DNA of 64,000 nucleotides from Amphiscolops sp. MND2022 (GCA_964187785.1 OZ076409.1:10418001-10482000), one strand, 5' to 3'. Positions 40,887 through 54,292 are shown, counted from the first letter of the stretch. Notes: generated by a model from the sequence alone, not told the origin. Numbers and translations are program-made.

Positions 40887-43800
40887 TCAGTTCGCGCTGT
40901 CGAGACCTTCTCGTTCTTCCTCATTCTGATTCATCTCAAGTGTCTCTTGATTAGGTTTCTGCGACGCAAGCATTCTGTGTAACAGTATCTCGAAGATCTC
41001 AAACAATGATATAGCGCTGAGCCCCAAACACATTCCAAGAATTCCTCCGACGTTGCTGATGAAAGTTGAGAAGGTAACCAACGGAACAATTTTAACAACT
41101 CTAACTGGCTCGTCGCCCAAGCGAATAAACACGTGACTCATATGCTTCGCAATTTCTTGTTTCTTTGGGATGTCTTGAGAATCTATGCTCATGAAAACTT
41201 GCAAAAGTTCGCTTGCTTTCGTAAAACTGGAATCTGCTGTTTGAGATATGAGTTCAAGATTGCTCTTAACTATGTATTCGGTCCATTTGTGTTGTTTCTG
41301 CAAAACTTGGGTTTCCAAAAGTTTTTGATCGCATCTTTGATGACAATTTGAAGAGCATTCTATAATTTGGTCCAAAAGTTTGGTAATGTTAATTTTCCCT
41401 GTATCCATAAGACAATCCCTGTTCTGTCGTTTATGTAAGCAATCAGTCCTAGTTAGATTCCAGCCAATGAAGTTTGCGCAATCGCAATTCTGATAGTGAA
41501 TTCGGGCATAGCACATATCCACACACGAGGTCACATAGTAATCACTTTGAAAAGGCTCTCCGGTGAAAATGTAGTCCTCTTTCCCGCCCTTGTGAACACA
41601 TTTGGCTTTTTTGAATGATTGAGTTTGTTGTCGGTGTACAACTGACGCTGTTACTACCACTAGTTCATTTGGAGCCACGTGAAAACCTGTGAACAACAAG
41701 AATTGTCGTTTGGGTTTCTAGAAATCAATTTCATTTTTTGAAGTTAAAAGCTGCTTTGAAGTTGAGTTGCTTCTAGTTTTTGGCTCATGTTTGATGTATA
41801 CACATTTGATCAAACAAAATGACACTTTCCCGAATAACACCACTAGGATACCAAAAAGATCTGTGCACCAAGGCTTTTTTTAAAGAGCGAAAATATAATT
41901 TGAAAAATTCATCAACTTTACTTCAACTAGTAACTAATAACCTAATAACGGTATCCTTGGATTTCTTGACATCGTACAAGCGTTTTGGAATAGAATTGTA
42001 CAAATTCTTCATAACTTTTTGGTCGATATTGTTGCAAATTTCATGGACTTTTCCCCAACTTCATAATTTCTCAGTTTTTCTCACCACTGACCGCATATCC
42101 TCAAGGGTAAACAAGATAGGGCTTTAAGGAGGCCATTGCAGAACGTCAGAAACTAATCTTCAACTGTGTGAGGTTTTGTGCGCAGGGGCCATACCTTGCT
42201 GGAAAATAAGTCCAGGAAGGTTCAATTTCTGGTGGAAAACATCCAGAATTTGACATAGTCCGTGCTTTTCATCCTCTCAGCGCATTTAACTAGCATTTTC
42301 CGGCCAATGAATCTGACTGCACCACAGAAAATGAAATATCATCAGTCAGCTACCGTGTTTCGGTTATTTTTCTTTTTTTTTGAAAAAAAACGCGCACCAT
42401 TCCGTCACTGTATAACTGCATTTTAGTCTCCTGAGAGAAAACAACGTTTTGCCAGTAACTGAGCGGCGTCTTCTACCTTTTTTGACACCATTCCGGTCTC
42501 GAACATGGCAAAGAAAGCTGTAAAAAGTAACTTGAATCTTCTTCAAACAAGTTTTTGGGTTTTTACGGACGTCACGGATGAGTTTTTTCTGACTTTTTTT
42601 GACATATTAGTTGGTCGTCCTGTGTGCTTTGCAGCAAGGTAAAAATCGTTTTCCAAGTAACGTTTGTTTTCGAGTTTTGCAGTTAATCGGTTTTTCAAAT
42701 TAAGTTTTGTTTTTGAATTTCTCAACAGAAATAGCTCAAATTTGTTAGTGTCCCAATTTGGCAAACGAGAAATTGATCCAACGGTTTGACCATTGACAAG
42801 CTGAGAATCGGAAATGGAACTGAACAAATGAATAGAAAAAACATTTAGCTTAAACATGTCACGCTCAACATTAATCTCAGAAATTTGATTTGAATTTCAA
42901 GTTTACAGAGATTTTTGGTACCCCAATGTATTTCACTTATGTCGTAACCCACACTCTTTTGTTGAAATAAATGAGTAGACCATATTTAAAATAGTGTAAG
43001 TAATGGACATTAGAATTCGATTTTCCCCCAAACTATGTTATTTTTTCGAAGATATTTGTACTATGACATTCAATTGTTAATCTTCAGCAAGCTTGTTCAC
43101 CTCTTAGCAACCTATCACAATACCCAAATTTCCGCTACTCCAAAAAAGAAAAAATTTAGAATTTGCAAAAGCTTCCCCTGTGAAGGTGGTGTTTTCAGTC
43201 GGCGCCTTTTCTTTTAAGGAAAAAAGCCCGACTATTACAGTGGCTAGTTTTTTTTCTTTTTTTTTCGTCAGACCACAGAGCTCATCGCGTATGTACCACT
43301 TTTTACAGAAACTGATAAGACTACTCAGGCCAAGTCAGGCCAATGGAAACTTAGTGCAAAGGGTCCCCCTTTCATTTTTTACCTTTTTTACGTAACCTAC
43401 AAAACCGGAAGAGACCAAAGGGTTCCCCCTTTCAATTTTTTTTCGGCACTGTGTGAATTTTTTTTTTCGAAAAAAGGTCTCAAAAGAGTTCCCTCTTCGA
43501 GTTTTTTGATATTTTGCAACAGAATGTATGTTAATGAATCCCAAAAGGTCCCCCCTTTTCATTTTTCGGCACTATGCGACATTTTCGAAGTTTTTTTCAA
43601 AAAAAAATTTCAAAAAAAATTCAAATTTTGTTCCCAGTCGGGAAACAGTGATTTTCCAGTCATATCTAGCATGAAAGGCACACTTTGGGTGTCTCGAAAG
43701 TGTTTTCAAAGCTTTTCATGAATACGTCCTGAGCATATTTAGAAAACTTTGCGCTTCTTGAGCCTTAGATATAGCGCCGACTTTAGACGTTCCCGTCTTG

Positions 43801-44420
43801 TTTCGTACATGTGAGACTGAAAAATAGAGGGACCCAAGATTTTTCCACGACTTCTCCAATCGTTTTCAACTTTTCTGCTTTAACCCACTCATTGAGAAGA
43901 AAAAACCTGTCGAAACACCCAGTGATTCATATGATCAATAAAGGGAGGATCTGGATAAAGCATATCTGGAAAAGCAAAACAACAACAAACCCTCTTGCAA
44001 CTTTCTGGAATGTTCCCATTTTCTTTTTTCGTGATCACCTTTATCCTGAAAACGACTTTTCTGTCATTCATCATTCGTCCTTGTGTTTTTTACGAAGAAT
44101 ATCAAAGGTTTATCATATTGTCGAGTCACGGCCCCCTGTTTTTTAAATGGAAAATGATGCTAATAAATTTTGTAGGGAAATTGTGAGACACGAACCATTG
44201 AGTAGTGGAACAAATTGGCCTTGATGGGTCACTCTGACGTAAACACCAAGGTTGTCATTGTACTTCGCCATTGTAAGACTCGGGTCGAAGTAAAAAACAA
44301 GCGAGATGCCCATGAATTTGTCCGAGTGTGTCATGTCTAGTGTGGCTTCGTAACACGACATGAAAAATTCTTGGTAAAAGTGGAAGTTTCTCAAGCAATC
44401 TTCTGCTTTCACAAAACATC
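40887..44420 (-). CDS. DEG/ENaC (ASIC-like) channel, 3' part; exons ~44196-44420 and 40887-41686
   Basis: SCY..GISL..GVYVRVTHQGQFVPLLNG|FHVAPN joins across a phase-1 GT-AG intron; Cys-rich thumb; TM2 ISNVGGILGMCLGLSAISLFE with GxS filter. 5' exons (TM1) not identified. Confidence 0.8.
41900..42700 (-). mobile_element. Decayed Tc1-like transposase remnant in the DEG/ENaC intron
   Basis: Fragments GRPT, ...VKCAERMKSTDY, QQGMAPAH, LQWPP.SP, SIPKRL across frames; TIRs not resolved. Confidence 0.65.
43192..43803 (+). mobile_element. Helitron2/Helentron-like non-autonomous element
   Basis: agtcggcgc ... gcgccgactttagacgttcccgtcttgtt; inverse of the 5993-7080 family. Confidence 0.75.
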
Positions 44421-44765
44421 CTATAGGTACAGCTTGGATCAGTTGATAAAATTATTGATTGTTAGCTACATCATTGTATCAATAATTCATTATTGAAATA
44501 TAACTTTCTCTTCCAGCGTCTAAAGAAATCATTGAACCATTCGCTCAAACATCCACTAATACTGGACAATTTCCGCACGAAAAGATTGTAAACAAAAACG
44601 ACCCCTACCGATAAAGTTGTTAATTTCCAACAGCTGGCAAGAGCGTGCCAAGATCTGAAACATCGCGAAGACCGGTAATTGAACCCGAATTTTGAAGTTG
44701 CGACAAATTGTTTCAAGTTTGAGGTTATTCATGAAAATCCATTTGCAAAAGTGCATTGACTAGTT

Positions 44766-45248
44766 AAAACAAGCCTGGCACCGGCCCAAGTCGGCGCCAT
44801 ATCCAAGTCTCAAAAATAGCAAAAGGACTTCAAGTGTCAAAGTATTCTCTTCTACAGCACCCAAAAAACATTTTGACAAAAAGTCTCACAAAGCCCAAAA
44901 ACTGAAAGGGGGATCCTTTGGGGATTTTCGACATCCATTCTGTCGCAAAACTCAAAAAAGTTGAAGTGGGGACCCTTTGGCGGAAAAAAGTTTTCGAAAG
45001 AAAGTAGCACAATGCCGAAAAAAACTGAAAGGAGGACCCTTTAATCTAGCCCGGTATTGTATGTGAGGCGAAAAAAAAGGAAAAACATTTTGGTTCCTTT
45101 CGCTAGGCCAAAGGGGTTCAATTTGACACCATAAACTTTTGTAGAACTTGCAGAACTAGTTTGGTCATTTCAGGTGTATCAAAAAAAATACTGACGAAAA
45201 GCCATGACTATAGTCGACTCTTTTTTCTAGAAAAGCGCTGACTAAAAA
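44766..45248 (-). mobile_element. Helitron2/Helentron-like non-autonomous element
   Basis: aaaacaagcctggcaccggcccaagtcggcgcc ... gcgctgactaaaaa; same family as 11912. Confidence 0.75.
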
Positions 45249-46098
45249 TGATCCATTTTCTCCGGTACTGCATTACCATGGTGAGTGCCTGAGACTGTTC
45301 GAAAACTGGAGTTAGCCTTAGCAGTCCTTAAGTTCACTGGAGTGTGCTCTAATTGAGACTGCTGGAACTTTTTGCATGGCTGAATGCCGACCTACAGTGT
45401 TCTACTTCATTGCCGACACGATCACTTTTTATTCACACTTTGTTTTCTCAATTACTCATCTGATTTGATCACCGCTTTTCAAATAAGACGCTCAATGTGA
45501 CGCTAATTTGCAGTTTGTTACGCGACTATTTTCGCATTAGTTATTTTGCATTAACTATAAGTTGTTTTGTATTAAAATGGCGGTAACACTGATGGCAACT
45601 TGTTTGCTTTTGAAATTAGAACTGCTTCTTGAAGAAAAATGTAAAATTTCAAGACCTAAAATTGCCGCCAAAACTTTGATGAAATATTAAAATAACTTGA
45701 TAGAAGTCAGATACAACAGAGAAATATTGTCGGACAAAAGTTTCCGTAAGATTTTTAGAAAATCATAATAAAAGCTGCTGGCAACATTAAAGTAAAAATG
45801 CAAATTAAAGCATGCAAGATGTTCAAGCATTTTCTACAAAGGCGGGCATGAAGACTAGAAGCGGTCCAACATCGAATGGTGTTCTAAAATCACGCTATTT
45901 CATCGATTAAATTAGCAAACTTCAAATCCAAGTATCTTGCAAACTGTGCCAAGTACAAAAAAGTCATCAGCTACTAAATAATCACGAAATTCTTTCTCTT
46001 TTACAAAACTACTTCCCGGGTTTCCCGACCAGGCCGATCATAATCTGACCATATTATGGCACCATAGAAATCATACAAATTTCCTTACTTATCTTGCC

Positions 46099-46212
46099 AT
46101 GATCGGCCTGGAATCATATATGGTCCAGAGTATGATCGGCCTGGAATCATATATGGTCCAGAGTATGATCGGCCTGGAATCATATATGGTCCAGAGTATG
46201 GTCAGCCTGGAA
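46099..46212. repeat. 33-bp minisatellite, ~3.5 copies, with an inverted partial copy near 46029
   Basis: atgatcggcctggaatcatatatggtccagagt repeated head to tail. Confidence 0.85.
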
Positions 46213-46618
46213 TAATAAATTTTTGTTCCAAACGTGTGTTGACGTGATATGCAACCCAAACAAAAATTTTCAAATATTGAGAACAGCCAGCTTTATAGGC
46301 TAATGCAGCCACATTCGACCTTTTGTATCTGCGAACGATACATTGCAGGTGAGAACTCCGTTAAGCTCTAAGCGGAGTTAAAGACAAACTATAGTACTTC
46401 AATTTGTTCTCAGCCACTCCTTAGTTAATAACTAACTCTTTTGTTATCGGTGTACCCACTTTGCAGTGTTGTTCTCAATTATTTCGAGAAAAGTTACAAA
46501 TATTTCAGCAAAAGCTGCCAAAAACTGATGATTGCAACCTTGTTTTCAATTTGGTGATTGTATTGGACCGGTGGTTGATGAAGATCTTGTAATTTCATCA
46601 ATGTATGCGTTGATTGAC

Positions 46619-47347
46619 TGTAACGGCAAGCGCTAAGCGTTTGGGGCGAAACATTGGAGTGGAGGAACTGACACTATGGATATGGTCCGGGACAAACCAC
46701 CATAGCACCAGCTCACTTTGTCCTCCTGTGGGTAGCCGGTCCCGAGGAGGGGGAACCGTCCTAAGGGATGCTCTCTGACCTGTTCCAGTCTTTAACTGCT
46801 GAGAATAACGGACATTAGGCTTTTTCTCTTCATAACCACTGTCTAAACAACCTATAAAAATGGGGCTAGTTGCATAGAACTCAATTGAATCGTCCAGAAT
46901 CGTAAATAGCATCAAAAGCTCTCGAATAACAAATTAATCAAACAAATCATTAAAACAGCCTCATAAAAGAGTCAAATCCAGTTTTTGGCGAGCGGTTGAG
47001 CCTAGGTGGCATAGCACCGGCGGTTCTTGGGCTGATCACAACCCTGGGTCTGGGAATGGCAATTATTTCAGCATGTGGGTGGTCTGGCACGATACACTTT
47101 CATCTCGTCGCCGTGGGTTTTCTCGAAGTTTAGCGCATGGGCTAGGCTCTCGAGCTGTTTGGCAGGTCCATTTTACACTTTTTCGGTTCTCTCCGCTTCG
47201 CGGGGTCTGCTCTTTCAGCTTTCTATGCTTTCCTAGGCTGGTACTTCGAGAGAAAACCATGTTTGAGTGCCACGTCATCCTTGAACGAATTTTTCAGCAA
47301 ATTTCGAAAACTTCGAAAATCGTCGTTGATCACAGGATGCCGTTACA
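46619..47347 (-). repeat. 3' LTR (729 bp)
   Basis: 10-bp terminal inverted repeat TGTAACGGCA/TGCCGTTACA; purine-rich tract GGGGAGTGAA directly upstream on the minus strand (47348-47357). Confidence 0.8.
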
Positions 47348-48147
47348 TTCACTCCCCGGGCTTCTGGCTTGTTGTCACTGGCAAGCATCGTAGGGGTCTT
47401 TGCTGAAAATAGGGTTCCGCACATGCTGTGGATACATCTTGAATTCAGACCGCCGTTGCATAGAACAGCTACCTTGGGGCATTGCCTTTTGGATCCTATG
47501 ACAATTTTACTGCAAAACCTAGTATTTTTACAAAAAAACTCAGTCGTTTATAGCACCAGTGCGAGAGTTAGAAATTTTCAATGGCTAGAGCTGTCTGAAG
47601 CACCTTTGGCTGGCTAAAACGTTTTTTTTTTACGGCAAGTACCTGCTAAAAAATGTTTTTATCAGTTTAAACAAGATTCGTTTTTTTTCAGTTTTTTTGC
47701 TAAAAGTGTCTTTTTGTAAGAGCGCATTGGCTCAACTCAAAAGTGGACAATCGATAGAACACACACGATTCAATGTAAGAGTGTCAGACTACTTTAAAAG
47801 ATCTTTTTGCTAGTCTGCTGTGCTAGCGCACCTGGATCTCTTTTTCCGAGCGTCACTGGAGGCATTCATCAAGGAAAAACAATGACTGTTTGTATCTTTT
47901 TGTTGAACTTCGTTAACGTAATATCAGCACGAGGGGCAGGCGCACTCAATGACCGTACACCCAAGGCAAGCAGTGAAATCATTTGATTTACTAACTATCA
48001 ACTAAAATTGCACTGAAATTAATGCAGCACCAAGGTAAGGCTAAAATGTTCAATATGAGTTGGTAGCAGGAATACGGCAAAAGAAGGCCTAGCTTCATAT
48101 GGTTTTGTGCGAGCCCTTGGGCTCACCTACGTATTGGCAGAGGTGCA

Positions 48148-51100
48148 TCATTGGGCAGCAGACCTGTTTCTGCTACAAGGAGAAGTTTCCTTAGGGGGTG
48201 AGGCATCGCTCGTGGAGACGCGTCTGGTAGGCGAAGGTACACTGGTCTCCGCCTCGGTGTCAATGGTTAATTGTCCAATGGGGTCAGCTAGTGCCGCATT
48301 GGGCGTAAGCTCTGCCGTGTGCTCACCGGAAGGACTAGGGGCTACAGGCATAGCTGTCTCAACTGTAACCTCATCTTCCAAGGATGCAGCTTCCACGGTG
48401 AGGGTTTGCTCCAAGGACATGGCCATAACAGGGGCAGCGGTGCTTTGAGATGGTGTGGGAGCATAGCGCTGAGCACGCTCTTCTTCAGCGCGATGGTGAG
48501 CTGCTAAAGCTACACGTTTTGAGATCCATCCGCTTTGCTTCCAAAGCGCACACGCCTTCTTCCATGTTTCGAAATTTGTTACTTCTAGGTGGAGACATTC
48601 GTCATCCCACTCGGCGCGCATTTCTGCGCCCAGCACTTGATTCACAATATCCAACAACGTCAGTGGCGTATCTTCCGACATTGTCATGCGGCCTTGCGGA
48701 CGCCAGACCGGCTCATACTGTATCGGGGCCATCCGGCGGGAAAGATTGCGGTCACGCATCTGCGCAGCGACACTAAGCCATTGTGGCACGTTCGCACAGT
48801 CTGTGTGGCGAAGCTGGTGGTCCAAAAGCTCCTGGCCGCGCGCGATTGGGCGAGCACGGGGATACCCCACGGGCTCTTTCCAGTAGCGATTGGGAACTTT
48901 GATGAATTTGAACTTATAATCCGAGCAAACTGTGGGACTTGCATCCAGACTAGAGTTGATGGTTTTCTTTATAAAGTCCACGGTCCAGGGAAACCGGAAG
49001 GGTTGTCCGTGGAGGTCCATTGGTGCGTTGTACCAGTTGACTGGTCCAAACTCACGAGGAAGCACTGCGGTTTTGCGCGCGCGGGCACCAATGACGCCCA
49101 TCATATTTTCTTCAGCTTGAAGCTCAGTTTTGATGGTCGTGTATGCCTGAGGCATCTCACCGCTCAATGTTTCTTGAATCATGCACTCATATGACATGGG
49201 TGGACTTCCTTGCAAGTAGGTAAATATCGAGACAGTTGCTACTTGAATTGCCATCGAGACGGGTTTGGTGGGATAGCGCAGTACACCCAAAGCTCCAAAG
49301 ATAGGAATCAGTACCGGGGCGATGACAGGGACCAGGTCTTCCACTTCAGCGAGTGTCAAGTCTGCCAATTGATGTGGCGGTGGAAAGCCGGCATTCTCGC
49401 GCGGCAGTTGCGCGTCAGGGTGATGAAGGGGTTGAGCTTGGTCAACTCCTACGAATAAACCTGATGCATAGATCAGAGTCGAGTATAACCAGTGTTGCAC
49501 CGAAGCTCTCATGCGGAACAGGTGGTCGGTGTAGTTGTGCCCATTCTGCAAGAATAGCACCTCTCCGAAACCAAGCAAGCTGGTCAACTTTCCTTGTGCG
49601 AGGACCAGGTAACGTGTAGAATTCTAGAATCCCTCCAGTAGTGATCAAATCTACAAGAATGGCTAGGGGACCAGCCACGAATTTGGTGGGGCCCAAGGCC
49701 AATGCAAGAGCCAGTACCTCATAGACCGTGGTTCGCTGCAGAAAGTCGGTGAGTTTTTTCAACTGGTCATCCGTCAGACAAAATTCGGCGGCAATTACAT
49801 GCAAATGCCAGCCTAAGCCAAAACTTGTTAGCAGCGCCGGAAAGGACGCAGACAATCCTCTGGCTGTCCTTTCCGAGGTAACGGAACCAATCGGTCCTGA
49901 TACCAGTCACCATACGTGACCTCACGCGCCTGGACCAGTTCGTCGAGGGTAACTGCTTCTTGCGCTACCAGGTGCCTCACACCCAGTGGCATTTTGATGA
50001 TTTCAGTATTGTTGGCAAACTGGATCTGAGGAATCGTTCGCTCTATCTCGCGGTTAAGTGGCCGTCTGCCGATTTGATCCCAAACGGCAGCTAGATCCGC
50101 CTTAAGTGTGTTTGGGTGGGCTTCGCCCACCAACCAGTTGTACCGGCGCATATTCTCGCGCTCTTTGAGTGTGGCCTCTGGACGAGTCCGATTGCCATTC
50201 TCATCGAAGGTTAGCGTGCCTAGACGCATTCCATAGTCGTAGTAGATTGCATCGTCCGAAGTGAGCTGTGCATTGCCTCCCTTTTCCACTGGCTGCAATA
50301 AGCGTGAGATCGCTGCCAGGTACGCGTGTGCTGACAGTGCGGCGGGGCGCAAGTCCGCCTTGCCGACGTGCAAGTTGGGCGCGCACAAGTAAAACTCGAT
50401 GCTACGAGCAAGGCACACCTCACTTGGCATGTAAACGAATTGTTGGAACATCCCTCCCCAGTACACCATACCTGGAGGTGAAACAAACAGGGCTGGCACT
50501 CCCAACTGAGTGCGGAGCTTCTCTGCCGTACGCTCCATTGCGGTGGCATATTGGTGCAACAACCTCGATACTTCATTTCTGGCGGGCGTCACAGGTGGTC
50601 ATCACGCGTAGTAGACGCGGCAGGTCTTGCAACTGGCCTTCACAAGCCATATGGTCCATTAAATTGGAGAAAATAATCATCCGCGGAGGTGGCTCCTTCT
50701 GAGGTCCTTCCAGCTCCGGAGCGAACATGGCAATGGCTCTTTCGGCCATCTCTGGCAGTCGTGACAAGGGCATGGTTACTACCAGGACATCCGGAACCAA
50801 GTTGTCAAACGGAAGGTTGCATGCGACCGTTGAATCCATCATCACGCAGTAGCGCGCATTCTTTGAAATGGGTTGGATGGCTCTGAGACTTAGAGGATAC
50901 TGTCCGTGGGTTTTCCAGGTTTCGCCTTGTTGAAATGAGTGTCTGGCGCTGCATTGCACATGCAAGTCGTTCATCATGGGTCCCAAATAGTTGTCATTAG
51001 CAGTAGTAAGTCTCTGAACTACCCGTTGCTCCCATACTGGCTCACCCTTATCAGCGTCAAAGGCTCGCAAGGTCCTCGACACATGAGCTACAATGGATAG

Positions 51101-52432
51101 CTTCTTCAGCTGAGCTTGGTCGGCGCGTGAGGATGGAACCCGCTGTCGATCACGAAATTGCCGCTCATCTAGCCGTGGGGCAACCTGCCATATGCGATTG
51201 GCATCGCGCGTCATCACAGTTCCTGCAACATTATCAGACTGGGGAAAATAAGGCGGTGGTGTTGGTTTCGTAGATCTGGAAGCTGAGGAGGTCACTGATG
51301 TGCTCGAGCGTTCGGCACTGGCTGAAGAACTAGGACTTGGCGCATATCGTTCTATAACTTCGTTCATTGCCATTTGGGGCATGGGTACGCCACGGTAGCC
51401 CACTCTCGTTAGCTCTTGTATAACTACTGAACGCAGCGCATGCTGGCGTTTATCCGGGGGAGGGCGACTTGTTGGACTATCGGTGGTACTGACTGTTGGT
51501 GATTGCCCAAGCGGCGAGGTTCGTTTACGACCCAGCTCTTCATCCGAGACGGGTGACAATCCCGAGATGGGTGAGGGGGCTCTAGTCCTAGTAGTGCTAG
51601 GGCCAGGTGTATTTGAACTGGTGCCTTGACCAGGTGCTTCGAGTAGGTTTTGCAGGCCTGGAAGTTGCTTGGACATAGTCTTGACGAACTCTCTTGACTC
51701 TGGATAGTTCGCCACTGCTTGGAGGGCTTGAATGACTGCCTGCTCACTTGGCGTTCTATGTGACATGTCTGGTGCAGTGATACTGCTGCGAGCACATGAA
51801 GGTGCAGAAGACTGCACTGACTGCACTCTAGCGCTAGACATTGGAGAGGAGCCCTCGGGCTCCTGCTGGGGTGTTGTGCTTAATACCATGTGTGACGCAT
51901 TGGCCGCTGGAGCACTGGCATAATGTGCCATTTGAGCTGCAGGGGGCATCACGGCATGCACATTGGGCAGGTATGCTGCTTGACTCGTCGATTGTATTGA
52001 TGGTGTCTGTGACTGGATCACCAGATGTGCTGGTGGGAGAGGTTGCGGCATCGGTACGTTGGCCATTGGGATCTGCAACGTTGCTTCCTGCTCAATTACA
52101 GTGAGCACGCTGGGACCTCGCACCACGGAAGAGCGATCATCAAGGAAGGGGTGGGTCAAATCGTAGCCGTCGCAAGTGCCGTTTTTACAGGTCATTGTAC
52201 GCTTATAGCCAGCCACGTCGGCGACTATAGAAACTGCCAAGCTAGGCAGCGTGGGCTGTGTCTCCAGTTGTGCCAAAAGGGCAGTGATCCCTGCAATGGC
52301 AGCTGGCGATATGCCATTGCGCAGCCTTTCTTCAATGTACTGCACTTGCCTTACACGTTGTATTCGGGCAACGTCCTGATTGGGTTGGGTCGAGGCAAGC
52401 ATTGCTGCAGGGGCAGTGTGATGGTAAGCCAT
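48148..52432 (-). pseudogene. Gypsy accessory ORF3 (~1400 aa if frameshifts are repaired); Pro/Ser-rich N-half, SGNH-like middle region
   Basis: Overlapping ORFs 50573..52432, 49828..50592, 49442..49855 and 48148..49587. Confidence 0.7.
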
Positions 52433-52698
52433 CCTGGTCTAAAATAGGTGCCTATTAGATTCTTGGTACTGATGTCACTTGGTGCATCATTGAAAACGGT
52501 TCCATGAGGGAACGAGTCAGTGGAAAACATAATTGTAAGTATCGAAAGGTTAATTAAGAGGGCGCTGAAGGCGTTCTTATTTAACATAGATCTCAATGAA
52601 ATTTAATGACAGAAGAGACGTACTCTAACAGAAATTAACCGAATTTACATGAGCTTTCGCTCAAGCAAGATGAACTTGAGAGATGGCACCCAGGTTGT

Positions 52699-54292
52699 TT
52701 AACACCTATCTCTATGCCGAGTATAGACACGTACACGCGATTGTGTAGCACTACTGTGAATGTTCGTGTCCACGAACAAATCCACTAGTACCTTGTACAG
52801 GTTGATCAGGGAGAATACTGGCCTTTCGAGATCCAGTATCGGAAAATGGACTCGGGCAATACCCCTGTCCTCTAGCCATGCCGTTAATTGTCGCATGCAT
52901 AACAGGAAATCATCTGCTATCAGGGGCGCGCTGATTCGCACGGATGATTGGCAAGTGTATGGTCTGGGTGGGTTTATTGGTGATTGCAGGGGTCAGGGTT
53001 AGAATTTCTCCTACCCGGGGGCGTAGTGAGAATACTTGCTCCTTGCCGCATTTCTGCAACACGTAGCGCAGTGCTGCCGAGCTGGTTTCTAAATCCGCCG
53101 GGCACGCCAGGGCTAAATGCCTTTCGACTTGCAAAAAGTCAGTGGTGTCATAGGAAATGTATTCCAACATGTTCGGGCGTAGACTGCCGGGATACACTAT
53201 TTCCCGACCAGGTCCATTATCAGGGGGCAAGCATACGCGTGGGGTGCGACCCTGTATTGCGGCTAAATCCTGCCACACCGAGCGCGGCAACGCTTGGTTA
53301 TCCACACTTGCTCGGACCCACGTATCCAGCGTGTTCAATGCTGCTCTCACTTGCAGGGGCTCCTCAAAAGTATGAATCCATTCGTCCAATAGACGAATGC
53401 GGGGGTAGTTGGTGAAGCACGTTATGATTAGCTCCAACCACCAGCGAAATTTTACTTTCCCACGATACCAGTCAATAAGGTGGAAGCACAAGATTAGGTG
53501 TCCCGTTGTGGAAGTTCTCAAACTTTCCAGGCATAGCAGCAAATGCAGTGGTTCCACTAACGCATCTTTACGTGGTGCAGTTACTAACAGCCACCAGTGC
53601 AGGGCGGGGCTATACACGCCACCTTGTTCTACCTCGACTCCGTATCGGCCCAGCAGCAGGTCAGCAGTGATGCAACTGGCCATTTCCACTGGGTCCCGCT
53701 CAAAGTTGAACGGACCAAACACGATGTTAGGGGGCACTGGGGGTACCACGGTTGCCAGCGTGAATTCTAGGCCTTTGCCATCACTTGTCCATTCCTTAAA
53801 TCGAGGACATGGCGCCTTCGCAACGCCCGGTACGGCGATTCGCTGCAAGATGGTTTCTGCTGAATAATTCTCGGTTCGCTCTAATCCAGCGAAGGTCTTT
53901 TCCGCTCGCACCACGATACGATGAACCAGTTCAGCATTGTGTCGTCCCTCCAGGGGAACTCCCCGGGCTCCAATGGGAACCTCCCGGTTCTCGTGCACGG
54001 CTAGCACGCATACGCAGTCGCGCAAGCCATAGGTGCCACATTTGTATCTGGGCTGCCGTTTGTGTCTCAATTGGTATCTACTTTGGGATCCCGTTTGGGT
54101 GTCTGAAATTGGCGCGTGGACTTTGGACGCTGCCTTGTACGAAGGTTTACGTGGACGGGGTGCCCTTGTCGCTCTTGTCTTTTTCCGAGGTCTCCCCTTC
54201 CCCTTTTTAACAGAAGGAGCAGTGGGTGGTTTGGGCAATGGTGGTGGGGCTTTGGTCCGCTGAGGGTGTAGGCGGACGAGAAGTGGGTGCAC
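52699..54292 (-). pseudogene. Post-integrase extension: AT-hook-like motif plus two divergent TARG1/OARD1-like macrodomains
   Basis: KGRPRKK; MASCITADLLLG..WLLVT..LLLCLESL..ELIITCF; ISYDTTDF..LALACPADL..VGEI..FLLCMRQL..GIARVHFP..LVDLFVDTNI. Confidence 0.65.

Noticed and set aside
46099..46212. 33-bp repeats as a CRISPR array
   Set aside because: Head-to-tail copies with no spacers; a minisatellite.
48148..52432. env gene
   Set aside because: No evident signal peptide, Cys-rich ectodomain or C-terminal transmembrane anchor.
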